Position numbers and translations under genes: made by a program. A stretch of 63,651 nt of DNA, filler included, from Lenisia limosa (taxonomy: Eukaryota > Protista > Breviatea): the NCBI GenBank assembly GCA_001655205.1. It is 15 parts of 15 records of this genome, joined end to end, with 100 filler letters (N's around TTAATTAATTAA, not from the genome) between each part and the next. Parts side by side here need not be neighbours in the genome. Positions count along the whole stretch, not along the records: positions 33,389 to 41,209 come from LPNZ01011203.1; positions 41,310 to 47,584 come from LPNZ01008316.1; positions 47,685 to 53,702 come from LPNZ01003439.1; 12 more parts are not named here. One strand, 5' to 3'. Of this stretch, positions 33,389 to 47,904 are shown in pieces. The notes beneath the pieces were generated by a model. That model worked only from the letters and a program-made list of their open reading frames with translations. It searched no databases and had not been told where the DNA came from. The stretch's first letter is position 1; each line of letters starts with the position of its first letter.

Positions 33389-36277
33389 CCATCCTGAAGG
33401 AACGAAGATGGCCTCCCCAGGCTTTTGGACCACAATGTGCATTTTTGCCTCTTTAATGTGGGGGTACTCTTCTCCAAGCGCTGTGTTGACAGCCTGATGG
33501 GGGTAATGATGGGAAATTATCGGGTGGGTGGGATTACAACAGAAGCTTCTATGTTCAAAGCAACTGTTCAAAGTGACGTCAGGTAGTCACTTAATAGTAT
33601 AGTGCCAGCAACATCTCAAAAAACTTATTATAGTGCTATCATCAACATCTCAAAACACATATGGATGGCTTTGCCCAGATATTCCCAATACTAATTCTCA
33701 TTTCTACCCCCCAGACTCACCACGTTCACTTTGGCAGCTGCTGTTCCATACTTCTTGGCTTCTTCAATGCAGGCATTCTAGAGAATCATTTATGGACATA
33801 TCAAATACAAATTGCATTCAAGAAACCACTTTGAAAGCAAGATCTAAGATCTAACCCTTACTACCTTGAACTCAGAGCGAAGCAGTCGGATGTCTACAGC
33901 TGCCTCACCCGATGATGAATACAGCTTGTGGGTCTTTGTGTGTTATTGAAGCCGAACCAATCCAATGAGAAGAACCCAGCATTATTGCTACTATCTACTA
34001 GGGTTGGGCTAACAAACAGGCTACAGTCCATTATTCCATCCAGAGTGTCCCACCTGGTCCGGGCTGAATATGGCCCATACTTTGACCCCTGCGACATTGG
34101 CGCTCCAGGAGTGCGATTTTAGAACGTCGGCATGGAGGGGGGTCCATGTTCCAGCAGGGCCCTGGTTCGTTACCGCAAATATGTGCAATAGAAAATAAAG
34201 GGGTATCTGTCCAAGGCCGTCCACATTATCACGTGCTTGAAACACATGACAAAACTGTAAATTATTTTATAGCTAATCATAGCTATGATCATGATCTCCA
34301 GAAGGTAGGCATATGATACGCATTTTTAGTTTCAGAAACCCCCATTATTTCTTCCAACCATGTAGGCGAAGCGGTAGTCCGCACAGCGTCCTGTTGCTTC
34401 CAGCCATCTAAGATGTTAAAACTGCCTTCACTTCAAAGCAAAAAAAGGAAACAATAGCCCCTGGAAGTACAAGTACATTTCTTCAAGATTTTTTAATCGT
34501 GTCCATATCCCCCTCACCCATTCAGCCAGTCATCTCTGAAGTGCTCAGGCCATTTGTACACATTCGGCGACTTTGATGAGTCCAAGATCCCTCCAAAGCA
34601 AAAATGGAAATCCTACATAGTTAATATTTGTCAACTAGATGCGTTCATCATCACGTGTATATCACGTTTGTTTTCTGTAGTCAAGAGAAAAATACTGTAA
34701 TCATTTTGATCGGGTATCTGTGGAATATCATACTTTGAGGTAGGGCTTTTGCGCTTTGCTGAGCCATTTATCGTGAACTTGGCTTTTTGAGTGGCCGGCT
34801 GGGAGGGGGGGGGGGTAANNNNNNNNNNNNNNNNNNNNNNNNNNNNNNNNNNNNNNNNNNNNNNNNNNNNNNNNNNNNNNNNNNNNNNNNNNNNNNNNNN
34901 NNNNNNNNNNNCGGGAAGGTAAATCAATTAACTTATTGTTTTATTTGTTGCTATTCAGCCCTTTATTGTATTGTAACTCTCTTACACCCAAAAACTTTCC
35001 CAAACATACCTGAAAGCTGCTCCGCGCGGGCAAAAAACTCAGCAAGCGGGAGAAAGTGCCTCACCTGCAATGTGAAAACTGCCATCTCACATTCACATCT
35101 ATACATTCTAAACAAACTGTTTTAATCCAATTGTTTTTGATGTGTCTGCGATTGGCCCCAGTACCTGATCTCCCTCACCCATTTCATCGCAATCTGCCAC
35201 TGCGGCCAACCCTGCATGGAGGTTAATACTGTAGCTAACTCATATAGTATAGCCAATAGCACACTTAGAACTTTCCTCAGGGTAACAAAAACTGAATTTC
35301 ACGAACAATCGTCTTAGATATTGATGTTTTATTAGCATATTTGAACCCCTCATCCTTACAACCCCACCATTTGGACAGTCGCACGCGCTTCCAGTGGTGC
35401 CCTGAGCCGCCGTTCCAAATTCGTTCCTGCAGATATGAGGAAGGTGATTGATGGTAACAGGATGAAAAAGAAAAAACAATTTGAATAGATAAAATTAACT
35501 GATAAAAATAGTCCAGAAACATTTGTTGGAACCATGGTGGCCAAAAATGTTTGTTGGAACTGTAGTGGCCAGAAACAACCTCATTGAGATATAGTAGATA
35601 TATTATTTATATCATAAGTATATAATGGCCTTACCCCCCACGAAGATTCCACTGGAAGGCCATTCCAGCTCTCAAGATCGGAGGCCACTGCTTGCCAATT
35701 GGGAAGACGGACTTGGCCTGGGTTATTAATGGGGCTTCAAAAATGGCCGAGTTTATCGAGAAATTTTCGAAAACTATCGAATTTCCTCCGGTGTCGCTAT
35801 GATTATTATGCTATATGCCGTGGGAAAGATGTGAAGAAATGGGATGTGAGATCAAAGCAGTCCACAACATCAAGTTGATTAGAAAAAGAAACAAAATATT
35901 AATTTAGCTAATTCTAGAAAATTAATAATTAAGAGCCCAACCAACCCTCTTTTTGCTTCACCCATCTGCTTGTCACAGGCCACTCATCTGTCACTCCGTT
36001 GATGACCACCGCTCTATTCCTATGGGTGTNNNNNNNNNNNNNNNNNNNNNNNNNNNNNNNNNNNNNNNNNNNNNNNNNNNNNNNNNNNNNNNNNNNNNNN
36101 NNNTGACCAAAATGAAACATCAACCTGAAGCCGTTCACACCACAATACCCCCCTCCCTACTTGAGAAGATGGTCCCTGTAGAACAGCGCCGGCTCAAGAT
36201 CTTTGTGATCCACCCTATCTACGTCATCGTAGGCCTCTAAGTGCGGCGCTACATCGCCGAAGGGTGGTCTGAGGGGG
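33389..36277 (-). CDS. JMJD4: JmjC-domain 2OG/Fe(II) oxygenase JMJD4, partial, multi-exon
   Basis: AVVINGVTDEWPVTSRWV, DFHFCFGG..YKWPEHFRDDWLN, GPAGTWTPLHADVLKSHSWSANVAGVK and VVQKPGEAIFVPSGW parallel JMJD4 motifs (DWHL..FSSDWLNE, GSWSPFHADIFRSFSWSVNVCGRK, QEAGEMVFVPSGW). Confidence 0.85.
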
Positions 36278-37037
36278 CTAGGGGGAGTAAAATGGAGAAT
36301 TTGTGCAATATATACAATATTCACTAATTCTGCAATTTTAATAATTCAAATATTTGAGCATCGAAAATAACAATACGTTTGTTGTAAAACACAAAATATG
36401 TAGATATAAGAATTAAACCCCAAGGGGGAGTAAAATGGGAAAATTTATTAAACAAAAAAAAGGAATTTTTCCAACTCTTCATTAAAAATAAAGTTGAACA
36501 AGGGACACATATATTCTGGACACAATAGATACAACAGTGCCCTTTATGAATTTCAACAGGGCCACGGACCTTCCTCTAAAAACCATTGTAAAACAGAACT
36601 AAAAAGGGAACATTAAGTTCTGAATCTGATTTATATGAATAAAATCCAACTCTGATGAAGAGAGACAATGTCGTGCGCAATTTTATTTTAGAATAAGATA
36701 ACATTTCTTGTATGTTCCTAATAATGTAATGGCATACTCTAACTGCTTGGCGGTGACATGCTCCGGTGGAACCGCTGTACCATTGCTTAGAACATCAAAA
36801 GAAGAGGGGGAGGGGAGGGAGGCGTCCAACGGGAAGCCAGGAGGCTCAAAAACGTGCGAGGCGACCATCTAGATTTTTTTCTGGTCTGGACTGCTTATTC
36901 TACTTCTCAATTAACTTGTTACTTAATTTTATTGTCCTTTTCCCTCATTTTTGAACTTTTTTTCAGCTTAAAAGGTCCGGCCGCGGAGAGCATGGTACAT
37001 TTTTTTGGCGATGTTGTCGACCTTTTTACCTATCAAT

Positions 37038-39240
37038 ATGAAGAGACCACGTTCATCTGAAGCACCTATTGAGCCTCGTCCGGCAAAGACGCAGAAAGAG
37101 CAGATCGAGGACAACAGGGTGATTGTAGTCCTTACTGGCTGCCATCTTGAGTCAGTTAAAGTTGGACAGAAGCATGAGCTTCTCAATTGCGACGACCACC
37201 AGTCATTCCTCCGCCGTATGGGCCGCGACACCTCTGAAGCTCGTCCCGACATCACTCATCAGGTTGGGAAATCAGGTGATGTTTCGCTCTTATTCTATTG
37301 TTGTTGAGTGTTAGCATGACAATGCCCTTAATACCCCCTTTTTTTTTCTTGTTACAAAAGAATCACTTCATCGTGTTTGACAAAGAATCACTTCATCTTG
37401 TTTGACAATTTACACTTGTAATATTGAATTAATTTGACCGTTCTCTGCCTTGCTGCTGTGTTTGATGTGTCTAGACCAGTAGATATATTCATAATGGGGA
37501 TACAGGGTAAAGAAATTGGTCATATTGCTGTACAGAGCATTTTGGTATCTTTCCATTCAGGTCGTGGTTTTAATTCTTTTGTTCTAATGAATATAAATTT
37601 GGCTTTATGTCTTCAATATATACCAATATGTTTAATTTTGTGTTAATATGGTTATTTATACATGCATATAATTTTCATATATTTGTAATACTAACAACAG
37701 GCAACTGAGGTGCTATCCTCTTCTTGATAATGAAATACCTCATATGCTTTTTAGTTCTCAATAAATGAGTACTGTACAATGAAAGTAATCCTGTAGTGTC
37801 TAATGACTCTCATGGACAGTCCTCTCAACAAGGAAGGCAAACTCCAGGTGGGGAGGTGTTCCTTGTGTTTAATAAGCTGGCCGTAGGAAAAAATATCTTT
37901 TGGGTTGTCTCTCCCTACATGTATCCCCGTCTCTCCCTCTCTCCTCTCTATTTTTCGTACTTATGTGTGCATGGGCAAGAAAAGCTGGTTTGATATATGT
38001 TTGACCGATTTGCCCTAATGCTGCAGGTGTACATTCAAACCGCAAAAGGCGTCCTCATCGAAGTCAGCCCCCAAACAAGAATCCCGAGAACGTTCAAACG
38101 CTTCGCCGGCCTCATGGGTGGGCGGAGGGTATTGTTATATTTGTATGGTGGTGTAGACCACTTCGGCAAAGGTGCACCCTAGTTTTATAACGTATTTCTC
38201 AATATGATAGTGTATGCTAGTAGATAGCTTCTACATTGTATATTATGAGATGAATAAGCAAATCGTTTCCTCGCACATCTCACCCAAAAGTCCAACTTCT
38301 GCACAAACTCTCCATCCGGGCACAAGACGGCCCCTCAAAACTGTTCAAGGTGAGGTGGCCTGAGGTTTTGATAAACAGTGGCACAGGCTCACTTACATCA
38401 TGTGACATGTGTTGATTTCAGTTAAATATTACGGGGTAACCAGTGGTATAAGAGCGAACTCTCTATATTTGAGACATCGACGGGTCTCTTAAGTACTAAC
38501 TCTGCAGGTGATCAAGAACGATATCGAGAGTCATCTTCCCGTTGGATGCCCCAGATTCTGTGGGTTATAAAATAGGCTTGGAGAATGTCGTTATTTAGAG
38601 TGTTATGGCGCCGTAGTTTTTTTTTTGTTACAAATTTCAGTTAATAAGAGATCATCTAAATTTACATCTTGATTTTTTCCTCATCAATTTTCCAATTTAT
38701 CATATCTTACGGCAATATTCTTCATCGAAATTTCCTTCNNNNNNNNNNNNNNNNNNNNNNNNNNNNNNNNNNNNNNNNNNNNNNNNNNNNNNNNNNNNNN
38801 NNNNNNNNNNNNNNNNNNNNNAAGGTGATTAACGTCTTTGATTTCGCCAAAGACGTACCTGACGGCCCTGTTGTGTAGGCGGAGGGTTTTTTTTAACACA
38901 GTCAGTGCTTTTTCAATTTGTACAATACACATACATATAAAACGGTTTTTCCCAAATAGCATGATACAGGTATGTTGATACTGACGTGCTATAGGTTTGC
39001 TATTGGCGGTATTGCTAAGGGCGCCATTGACCCCGACTACACCGAGGAGACTCTTTGCATCAGGTTGGTGATATACTATGGAGTGGACGGTTTCGGCCAG
39101 CTACTAGTTTTATATCTAATTTCTACCTTGTGGATATTTTTTGTTTTGTCCATTTACCTCTCAGCAACTACCCACTCAGTGGTTCTGTCTGCTGCGGCCG
39201 CGTGTGCACAGCCTTCGAGATGAAGTGGGGCATTAACTGA
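37038..39240 (+). CDS. EMG1: EMG1/NEP1 18S rRNA pseudouridine N1-methyltransferase, apparently complete, at least 8 exons
   Basis: [16 protein letters not shown]|[17 protein letters not shown]|[30 protein letters not shown]|[11 protein letters not shown]..|[11 protein letters not shown]..|[24 protein letters not shown]. Confidence 0.96.
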
Positions 39241-39830
39241 GCCCAGTGTAATATGGTTTGTTTTCTTTAGATTCTGTTTCTCATGGTTTTTCTGTCTAGC
39301 TTTGATTTGCAATGGAGTTTTATCAATGCTTCCTCCCGTGGAGACACATGGCCTAACTGGGAGTCATATTCTGGATGAAGCTTTGTGTTTTAGATTTCAA
39401 CCGAGCCAATTTAGTTTTGGCGAAGGCAGTTTGCATGGAGTTAAATGTGAGTATGCTCAATAAAACAATCATGGTTGGATATTCCTTTATCCTGTTTCTC
39501 CAGTTATTCATAAAACTGAACACATAGATAGCACAAAATCCATTGAACCTGACCACCATAACCTATACCTAACTATAGAAGTCGTCATCGTCAAACTGCA
39601 GGGTCAGAGAGAGGGAAGGTTGTTCGAGAACAATAGTATTATGAGATGTATAATCCATGCAATCAGACAGCTGGTTTGGAGGTCAATTATATAAAAACAG
39701 AAGGAAAAAAACTGCTCCACTTTGCTATCAAAAAAAAAAAAAAAAAGAAAGCAATAATACTNNNNNNNNNNNNNNNNNNNNNNNNNNNNNNNNNNNNNNN
39801 NNNNNNNNNNNNNNNNNNNNNNNNNNNNNN

Positions 39831-41209
39831 GAGCGGGACTCTCTCCTCGACTTCTTCTCTCGTGTCTTTTCCTCTCTTGGCCTGAAGGAATGAGAAACGT
39901 ATGTTATTTAATAAAGAACCTCGACATTCAGTGGGGCTTACACTTATAGTTAAATATTTCAAAGAGCGACAAAAAAAAAGGGGGGGCTTAAGACGCTGCA
40001 AAAGAAGAAANNNNNNNNNNCTTTGTGGGTTTCTTGCACCGGCACTCATCCTTAGAAAACCCAGCTTAAAATAAGAACATCCCTCTCTTAACTGCATGGC
40101 AGCACCGAAGCACCCCTCCCCTGTATACCTATGCCTTTTCTTCGGTGGCGGTGACATTGACGGGTCCCTCCTCCGAGATTTCTTTTTCGGTGACTGCGGC
40201 GGCGGTGAATAAGACTCGGCTTCCCTTCTTCTTGACGCCCAGCGCGGGGACTCCTCCACGTCGTCTTCCTGGTACCTTCTGGGGGGGGGGGGTAATTATC
40301 ATTTTTTTGTNNNNNNNNNNNNNNNNNNNNNNNNNNNNNNNNNNNNNNNNNNNNNNNNNNNNNNNNNNNNNNNNNNNNNNNNNNNNNNNNNNNNNNNNNN
40401 NNNNNNNNNNNNNNNNNNNNNNNNNNNNNNNNNNNNNNNNNNNNNNNNNNNNNNNNNNNNNNNNNNNNNNNNNNNNNNNNNNNNNNNNNNNNNNNNNNNN
40501 NNNNNNNNNNNNNNNNNNNNNNNNNNNNNNNNNNNNNNNNNNNNNNNNNNNNNNNNNNNNTCCTCCTCCTCCTGGAGCGCCACCAGTGTTTTGATTGAGG
40601 GTCTTGGGAGAACCGCATCTTCAAAGTCCAACGCTCCGGTCTGGAGAGGTCAAACAAGGGCGGTTGTGAAAGTTGGGTTTGAAGGGAGGGGAGTAAAAAT
40701 AGATCTGAAAGCCCACCTTGAGCAGCTGGTCCTGCAAGTACCAGGCGAAATGCTGGTCCGACCCGGCCGCCGCCTTCATTTCCTTCATTGCACCAGCCTC
40801 GTTCAAGGCCTCTGTCAGGGACTGGGGGGGGGGGGNNNNNNNNNNNNNNNNNNNNNNNNNNNNNNNNNNNNNNNNNNNNNNNNNNNNNNNNNNNNNNNNN
40901 NNNNNNNNNNNNNNNNNNNNNNNNNNNNNNNNNNNNNNNNNNNNNNNNNNNNNNNNNNNNNNNNNNNNNNNNNNNNNNNNNNNNNNNNNNNNNNNNNNNN
41001 NNNNNNNNNNNNNNNNNNNNNNNNNNNNNNNNNNNNNNNNNNNNNNNNNNNNNNNNNNNNNNNNNNNNNCTGTCCGCCTGTTCATTCAACCCACCTTCAG
41101 TGTGGACGAGCTTGTGGCCACAATATGGCACGACTTGAAGACGGCTCTCATGGCCTTGCGCGACCGGGCATAGTCGGCCTCTAGTGTGTCCAATAGGTCG
41201 TCGTACAGG
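39831..41209 (-). CDS. FF-domain / PRP40-like splicing factor C-terminal region (tentative)
   Basis: LYDDLLDTLEADYARSRKAMRAVFKSCHIVATSSSTLK resembles a late FF repeat, followed by a K/R/S/P-rich tail (SPPPQSPKKKSRRRDPSMSPPPKKRHRY). Heavily gapped. Confidence 0.4.
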
Positions 41210-41609
41210 NNNNNNNNNNNNNNNNNNNNNNNNNNNNNNNNNNNNNNNNNNNNTTAATTAATTAANNNNNNNNNNNNNNNNNNNNNNNNNNNNNNNNNNN
41301 NNNNNNNNNTCTTTTTCATGTTTTTAAAAATATATCTCGTAAAAAGGATATATGGAAAATACAAGCATAAAGTTTTTAAAGAATGCCCAAGCGTGGTGCT
41401 CAAAAATTACAAATTTCCAATCTTGCCAAAAAAATGTAAATATTTGAAAATGTTTTGTTTTCTTTGTTTCAATACATGTAGTATCTCAAATCTAATACTG
41501 TTTTGAAGGGCAAGAGATGATTTGGCGTCCTTAATTAACAACATAATTTTAAATTTAAATGTAATTGTCTTGCTCTCTTTCAAAATATAGTGAAAACTCC
41601 AAAAGCCAC

Positions 41610-44600
41610 AAACTGTGGTGCAAGGAGAAGTTTGGTAGCGGTCAGTGCCACAACTCCGGCATTCTGTAAATAATCAACTCATAGGGATGCCAATTACTGT
41701 ATAAAGGATGCACTGACTGTGATGAAGAACGCAATTTCCTGAAGAGAAAGCAAATAATATTGGTATAATATAGATTTACAAAAATAATTTCCATGTCATG
41801 TGTACTATATTATGTATATAAGTTGGATTAAGATCAGTAGGAAGGAAGTTGCAGACGAGTGCAAGCTGAAGTTCCCGCAACGTTGCCGTAGAGGTGGTTG
41901 TAGAATCCAGAGCGACAGTGCCCGCATTTTGTGGAGACACTTCCCTCTCGATAAAGTGCAGAACATAACCCACATTCCTGGGAGGTCATGGGTGAAATGA
42001 TTGAAGATTACATAAGATGGTGAATGATGGGGGTTGACTACTTAAGAATGATGTGGTCAAAACCATTTCCGTAGGTAAACAGTGTATCATATCATATGTA
42101 CTTGATCCAAAGCCAAGGGCAAATGCTAGTCAATATTATCAATGTAGCTCCATGACTTCCACACACTGAAAATAGAATCTAACTGCATATTATATGAAAC
42201 AATCAAGTACGTTTCTTGACAACCCCATAATCCAGCTTACTGCGTTCTTTGTTTCAGTACAAGCGTTGATGAGGAACTCATCCTCATTTGAGCACAATGA
42301 ACACTCTAATAAGTTAGGTTATTACTCCCAAAGCGGGGCTTAACCCGTTAAGAAGTATTCATAGTATACACGTACATATATAAACCGTGAGGAAGCCCTT
42401 AACAATATCATTTTAGTACATATGACACGGTAGATTTAAGCGCAAGTAGAATCTGCCCATTAACCCACGTGAACATGTCGTATCTTTGTTGACCTGATTG
42501 TCCGTTGCGAACGCCGTGGCTAAGGGGTGATGATGGAATGGGGGAATAGAAAACCTGGTTTGGGCTTGAAAGATGAAAGCCGGTGGAAGAATGGATACAG
42601 AAGAGCGGGGTACTGAATGTATTCCACATCGCAACCACATAACGAGTAACTTTTAAAGGACTTGTTTTGATGTTTGTTTACGATAAAAAAAGTATAATAT
42701 GTCATATCACATGCTTTTTTTTTCTTTTTTCTTTTTGATATGTATTAGTAGGACTTGACAATTTCTATTACCATTTCTCAATTAAAAGCGAAAAGAGTCA
42801 AATATTAAATCTGATATGAAACGGGATACAAACCATCCCTCCTCTTCAACTCTCCTCCTTAAATTACCCAGCATACATAGGCATTTGCCGCATTTGGTTC
42901 CTGGGTAGCCGTCGCGATAGAGAGTGGAACATAATTTGCAGACAGTGTTCGTGGTTAAGGTGCACGACGAGTATTTGTACACTAAGTTCTCCGTACATGT
43001 TGCACATACTGGGGAGAGAGAAGGGGTAAGTGAGTGGTGGGATGTGGATGTAATGTTATGGTTAAAGGGGTTTGTGGGGGGGGGGGGGGNNNNNNNNNNN
43101 NNNNNNNNNNNNNNNNNNNNNNNNNNNNNNNNNNNNNNNNNNNNNNNNNNNNNNNNNNNNNNNNNNNNNNNNNNNNNNNNNNNNNTAGTTTTTCTGGCAA
43201 ATTATTACCATCGGAATTAGGGTTTTTGAAACATTGTTCTGCTTTTGGCCTGAAGGTAATACATTATTGTAAACATGAAACAAAACATAGGAAATAAAAG
43301 GGAAAGATTGGGAGAGAAACAACAACTATTGCAGCTGTGGATATGCCATTCGAGAATTGATTGGATACAGCAATCAATTCTCAATTTGTGGGGGTGAATT
43401 TGACCAATACGAAAATTTATATTATCCCAGATATAATCCCTTCAGCCCCCCTCACCAGAACAATCCGTGGTAAAGCCTGCCATGTATTGCGCTGCCCAGT
43501 GTCCGGTCAAACATGCACCACAGCTGACTCCGTCTTAATAGTTAAAGAAGTATGCAGCAAATAAAGCGTTGACATTGTAATATTCTGTGGAAACAATCAT
43601 TTTGGCAGTAAAACAGAGCCTTTCAATAGTTTAGAATCATCTTTCCAAGATAGTGTAATTTTGATGACACTACAAGGAAGATACAGATATTTTCTGATTC
43701 ATTTCTCACCCCACGAGACCTCACACACCTTGAGGTTGCCTCAGAATGGATGAGCACGTGCGACAGACATCTGATTCTGACACGGTACATGGGGTATCAA
43801 GGAAGTCATCCGGAGCGTTACACTTGTTACAGTCTGGGGGAGGGGGTTATGGTCATGTATTGAGATGAAGGAGGGGAAAGATGCTCTTCTTTGGCTTCCA
43901 CATGGTCCCAAAAGATAGCTTTTTGAGTATCAATTGAGCCTAAACGTCCCACCTGGTTTACATTCAATTGTTCCATTCCATAAGCCGCCCGAATGGCACG
44001 TCATGTTTTGCGATGTAAAAGGAAGATCCATTGGCGAACAGTCCCCCTAAATTTGTGAACCGCACATTGGGGGGTTTAACTCAAAGCCAACTGTCTCAAA
44101 GGTACCAAAATTATCGTGAATTACTCCGCCGTTAGCTCATAAGGCAAATCTACCAGTAACAGTCGCCTGTATCCCATACCATCAGATTGACAGTGCTGTA
44201 GACTGTGGAATTCACCTCATATCGGTCTTGCAGTGCAACAATTATCCTTGGGGGTTGAGTAATATATTGCCTTGGAAATCCAGAATAAACCATGTTTATG
44301 GTACACTACAATAATATTCTATTTCTCTAAAATTATTGAAAAAATCAAACACTATAGTTACTTTTCTGCCTACCTGTTATCAAGAACGATTGGCCCAGAC
44401 ACATCGCAACTGTAGGACTGTTGCGTGTTGTTCATAAACACCTGCAAGCGAGTTACAGGAGATACGTAACAAGATTCAAATGACAAAGATTAGCTTATGG
44501 CAAGACAATCTGTAAACCATACATTTTTATGAACTCCAACAGTCATATTCTTGAAGCTTAACCCCATTTGGGCTTTTTTTTTTTTTTTTTTCATAAATTT

Positions 44601-47564
44601 TCCAATTTTACTCCCCCCCCCNNNNNNNNNNNNNNNNNNNNNNNNNNNNNNNNNNNNNNNNNNNNNNNNNNNNNNNNNNNNNNNNNNNNNNNNNNNNNNN
44701 NNNNNNNNGCCTGGAGATCCATGACACCAACACTGCCTTCAACAAGGCCAAATCTAGCTGACGTCCCGAATGGCAGCCTGTTTTGGGTGAGGTGGGCAAG
44801 AAAAACTCATCAAAAGATAATAAAACATAACCAAAAGACCAAATATGATTAATAGACCAGAATATTTTATCGTTTCCAAACATGTAGCATATATATGGCT
44901 GAAGATCTATACCATAGATATTGATCAATATAACAATCCATCAATAATTCATCTTCGGTGTACAATAGAAAATTCCGTAACAAACCTCAAACAAGACGCA
45001 ACAGTGATCAAAAGTCCCAACAACTAAAACATAATGCAATTGATCAAACATTCGGGTGATTATCTTACATTACAAAAATAGTATCTTAAAAACTGCATTT
45101 ATACAAAACAATAACATTCAGTCATATATAGTACCTAGGTTTGGCCGAATCTATCCGAAGTAAGAAGGAAATATAATGCAAAGGTAAGGGAGTAGGTTTG
45201 AGGAAACTTATTTTCTGTTAAATTGTATCAAGATATAGAGAAATGTCGATATAAAAAGCAACGGATATAGTCCTCCAACCTGCCAGTAGAAATACATCGT
45301 CTAAACATTGCTCGGGAGAAACCAGATTGTGCTGATAGTTTAAGCACTAATAATCGCTATATGGAGCGTTTGAAGGTGTCAGCAGCAACTCTAACGCTCT
45401 ACACCACTTCAATTCTACCTATACATGTACATACTAACCAAATACTCACATACTATTACAACATTACAACTCCCAGCTGCCCCTTGCTCGCCTGGTGCGG
45501 GAACTCCGATTGGACCCGGCGGCGGATCGGGAACCAGAATAAAAAAAAAACATGGGGATGGCATGGGGTGGTGGAGGAACACCTTTGTGTGTGTGTGCGT
45601 GTGTTTGGCAAGTTTGATGGTTTGATGGTTCTGTTATAGTTCTGTGATATAGTGGATGGAATTGTGGGATTATAGAATGTGGGAACAGTCGAACTAATTA
45701 TAATGCATAATTACCAGGAAATCAGAGTTGCATTTCACATTAAAAGCCCCATAGAAGGTCGGCAAGTGTCACGCTGATCGTCTTGGCGAAGGACACCACC
45801 CACAACTCATTCCTCCAGATCTTATCAGGGTAGGACAAGGGCCTGGTTTGGCTACTCCCGTTATCCGGGGTGACAGACAGAGTGACATTGGATTGTGTCC
45901 TGGTCTGTGAGGTGCGATTTCGAAAATACAACACCCCTCCCCCCCATCTCCCAAAATTCTACAAATACTCCGAGAAAAAATACCCGCTGCCACTGCCGCG
46001 CCATCCCAATNNNNNNNNNNNNNNNNNNNNNNNNNNNNNNNNNNNNNNNNNNNNNNNNNNNNNNNNNNNNNNNNNNNNNNNNNNNNNNNNNNNNNNNNNN
46101 NNNNNNNNNNNNNNNNNNNNNNNNNNNNNNNNNNNNNNNNNNNNNNNNNNNNNNCGCACCGCTTCCCTTAACACAAAATAATGTATTACTTCCAAAAAAA
46201 AGGGGCTGAAATAACCCTTGAAAAATATTGACATTTACCACGCATTGTGGAAAACTATATCAACACCCACCCACTTCTACTTCAGTGAGAATATCGGTAC
46301 CACCAGGTCTTAAACCGAAAATATTGGTCTTGCCAAAGGCCAAAAGATGTCGTGAGGAGTCTTTTGCGACATTTGCGGATACAATTGTTCTGAGAGTTAT
46401 CTATCATATACTGTAACATAAAGAGGTAATATAACCGCTTTTGACACTGTTTGTTAGAAATAATGCGATAGCTGATAGTATTAAAATCCAAACAGTCGTT
46501 TTTGGTTTAGAACATATACTGCTATTCAACCAAAACATGGATAGTTGGTTGAAAGAGAAAGACTTGCACGAGACTACCAACTTTTTGGTTGCACTCAGCG
46601 ACGATATTGCGCCCTCAGGGTTCACTGAGTGAGTCTCCAGTGAAGCGTATTGCACCGGCATGGACAACGCCCATAGGTTTACCTGTTCGTAGCAAGATGC
46701 ACCATTACTAAACTCATAAGGGAGGGTGCTTATCGTTGGGATGCATCAGAAGATTGTAACCTGATTATTCTGAAACGGGGTGAATCTTTCAATATACTCC
46801 CACCCACCCAGCACCAATCTTAGCGGAAAGTGTGGTAGATGTCTCAATTGTCTGAACAGCAGCCAGGGCCATGAGACGTGTTTTGGGGTTGAGGTGATAG
46901 AGATGCCCGCCCGTGAAGGCGCTATTGGAACCTGGGGTGTCAATAAGGTGACTAAGCCTAGACTCTTGTGTAGGTCATGCTAATGTTGTCCACATTTCGC
47001 CCATTGGAACAATGTCTTGGACTCGACTTCAACACATTGCAAAAGCAACTGTAAATATGAAAATAATTGCCAATTCGTCCTCTGTTTCTTTAACCAACCA
47101 AAGTGAGTTATTGAGCCTCATCATCATGTTAAGACGAGTTATTGTTAACAGCTTTCTGTGACAGAGCCACCCCCCCTCCCGCCAACCCAAAGAGAGCCCG
47201 ACATCACGATATGTGCTGGTTCCCGTTGATCTGATCCTGGCTGGGGACTGTGAGCGGAGAATGCAAAACAATCATCAAAATCAACTCTCTTGGTAAAGGG
47301 ATTGAGAACCCGAGTTTGGCAAAAGAGACTGACTGGCCTCACTTCCAAAGTAAGTAAACTACAACTTATCATATATTATGTATATCAGGGATATGATAGC
47401 GTGTCAGACGCTATCCACACCATCACATTTTGTAGGATGCTGATTAGTATCATCTTTCAAGAGCCGCATACTGACAGCACCCGCAAGCAGCACGGACGGG
47501 GTGTTTACGTTAATGTCCAAAGATGCAGCAACTGTTGGACATGCGGTGGAGGCAGTGTTCGTCA
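41610..47564 (-). CDS. Large secreted or surface protein with TNFR-like Cys-rich repeats, partial, many exons
   Basis: Repeats DCNKCNAPDDFLDTPCTVSESDVCRTC, CATCTENLVYKYSSCTLTTNTVCKLCSTLYRDGYPGTKCGKC, CGLCSALYREGSVSTKCGHCRSGFYN and ECRSCGTDRYQTSPCTTV. N-terminal exons are Ser/Thr/beta-strand rich. Confidence 0.6.
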
Positions 47565-47904
47565 CTACACGGGGGGGGGGGGGGNNNNNNNNNNNNNNNN
47601 NNNNNNNNNNNNNNNNNNNNNNNNNNNNTTAATTAATTAANNNNNNNNNNNNNNNNNNNNNNNNNNNNNNNNNNNNNNNNNNNNAGTAAGGGGGGGGGGG
47701 CTGTGGATGGTTGAAAACAATAAACATATCGAAAGATCACTCCTAGAAACAATCTTCGGTCAATATAATATGCGTGAACAATCTGAATTAACATTACAAC
47801 CCCCTCCCCTTCTCCATCTCATATGTGGAATTGACAACATAAGTTGAATTGAATGATTAGTTTAGAAAAGTAAGATGCATATCGAAACAACTTCATTTTA
47901 CCAG

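Noticed and set aside
41830-41990. Plus-strand NFX1-like Cys/Arg ORF
   Set aside because: The minus-strand frame matches the repeat unit of the Cys-rich surface gene and has proper splice sites, so the plus ORF is its shadow.
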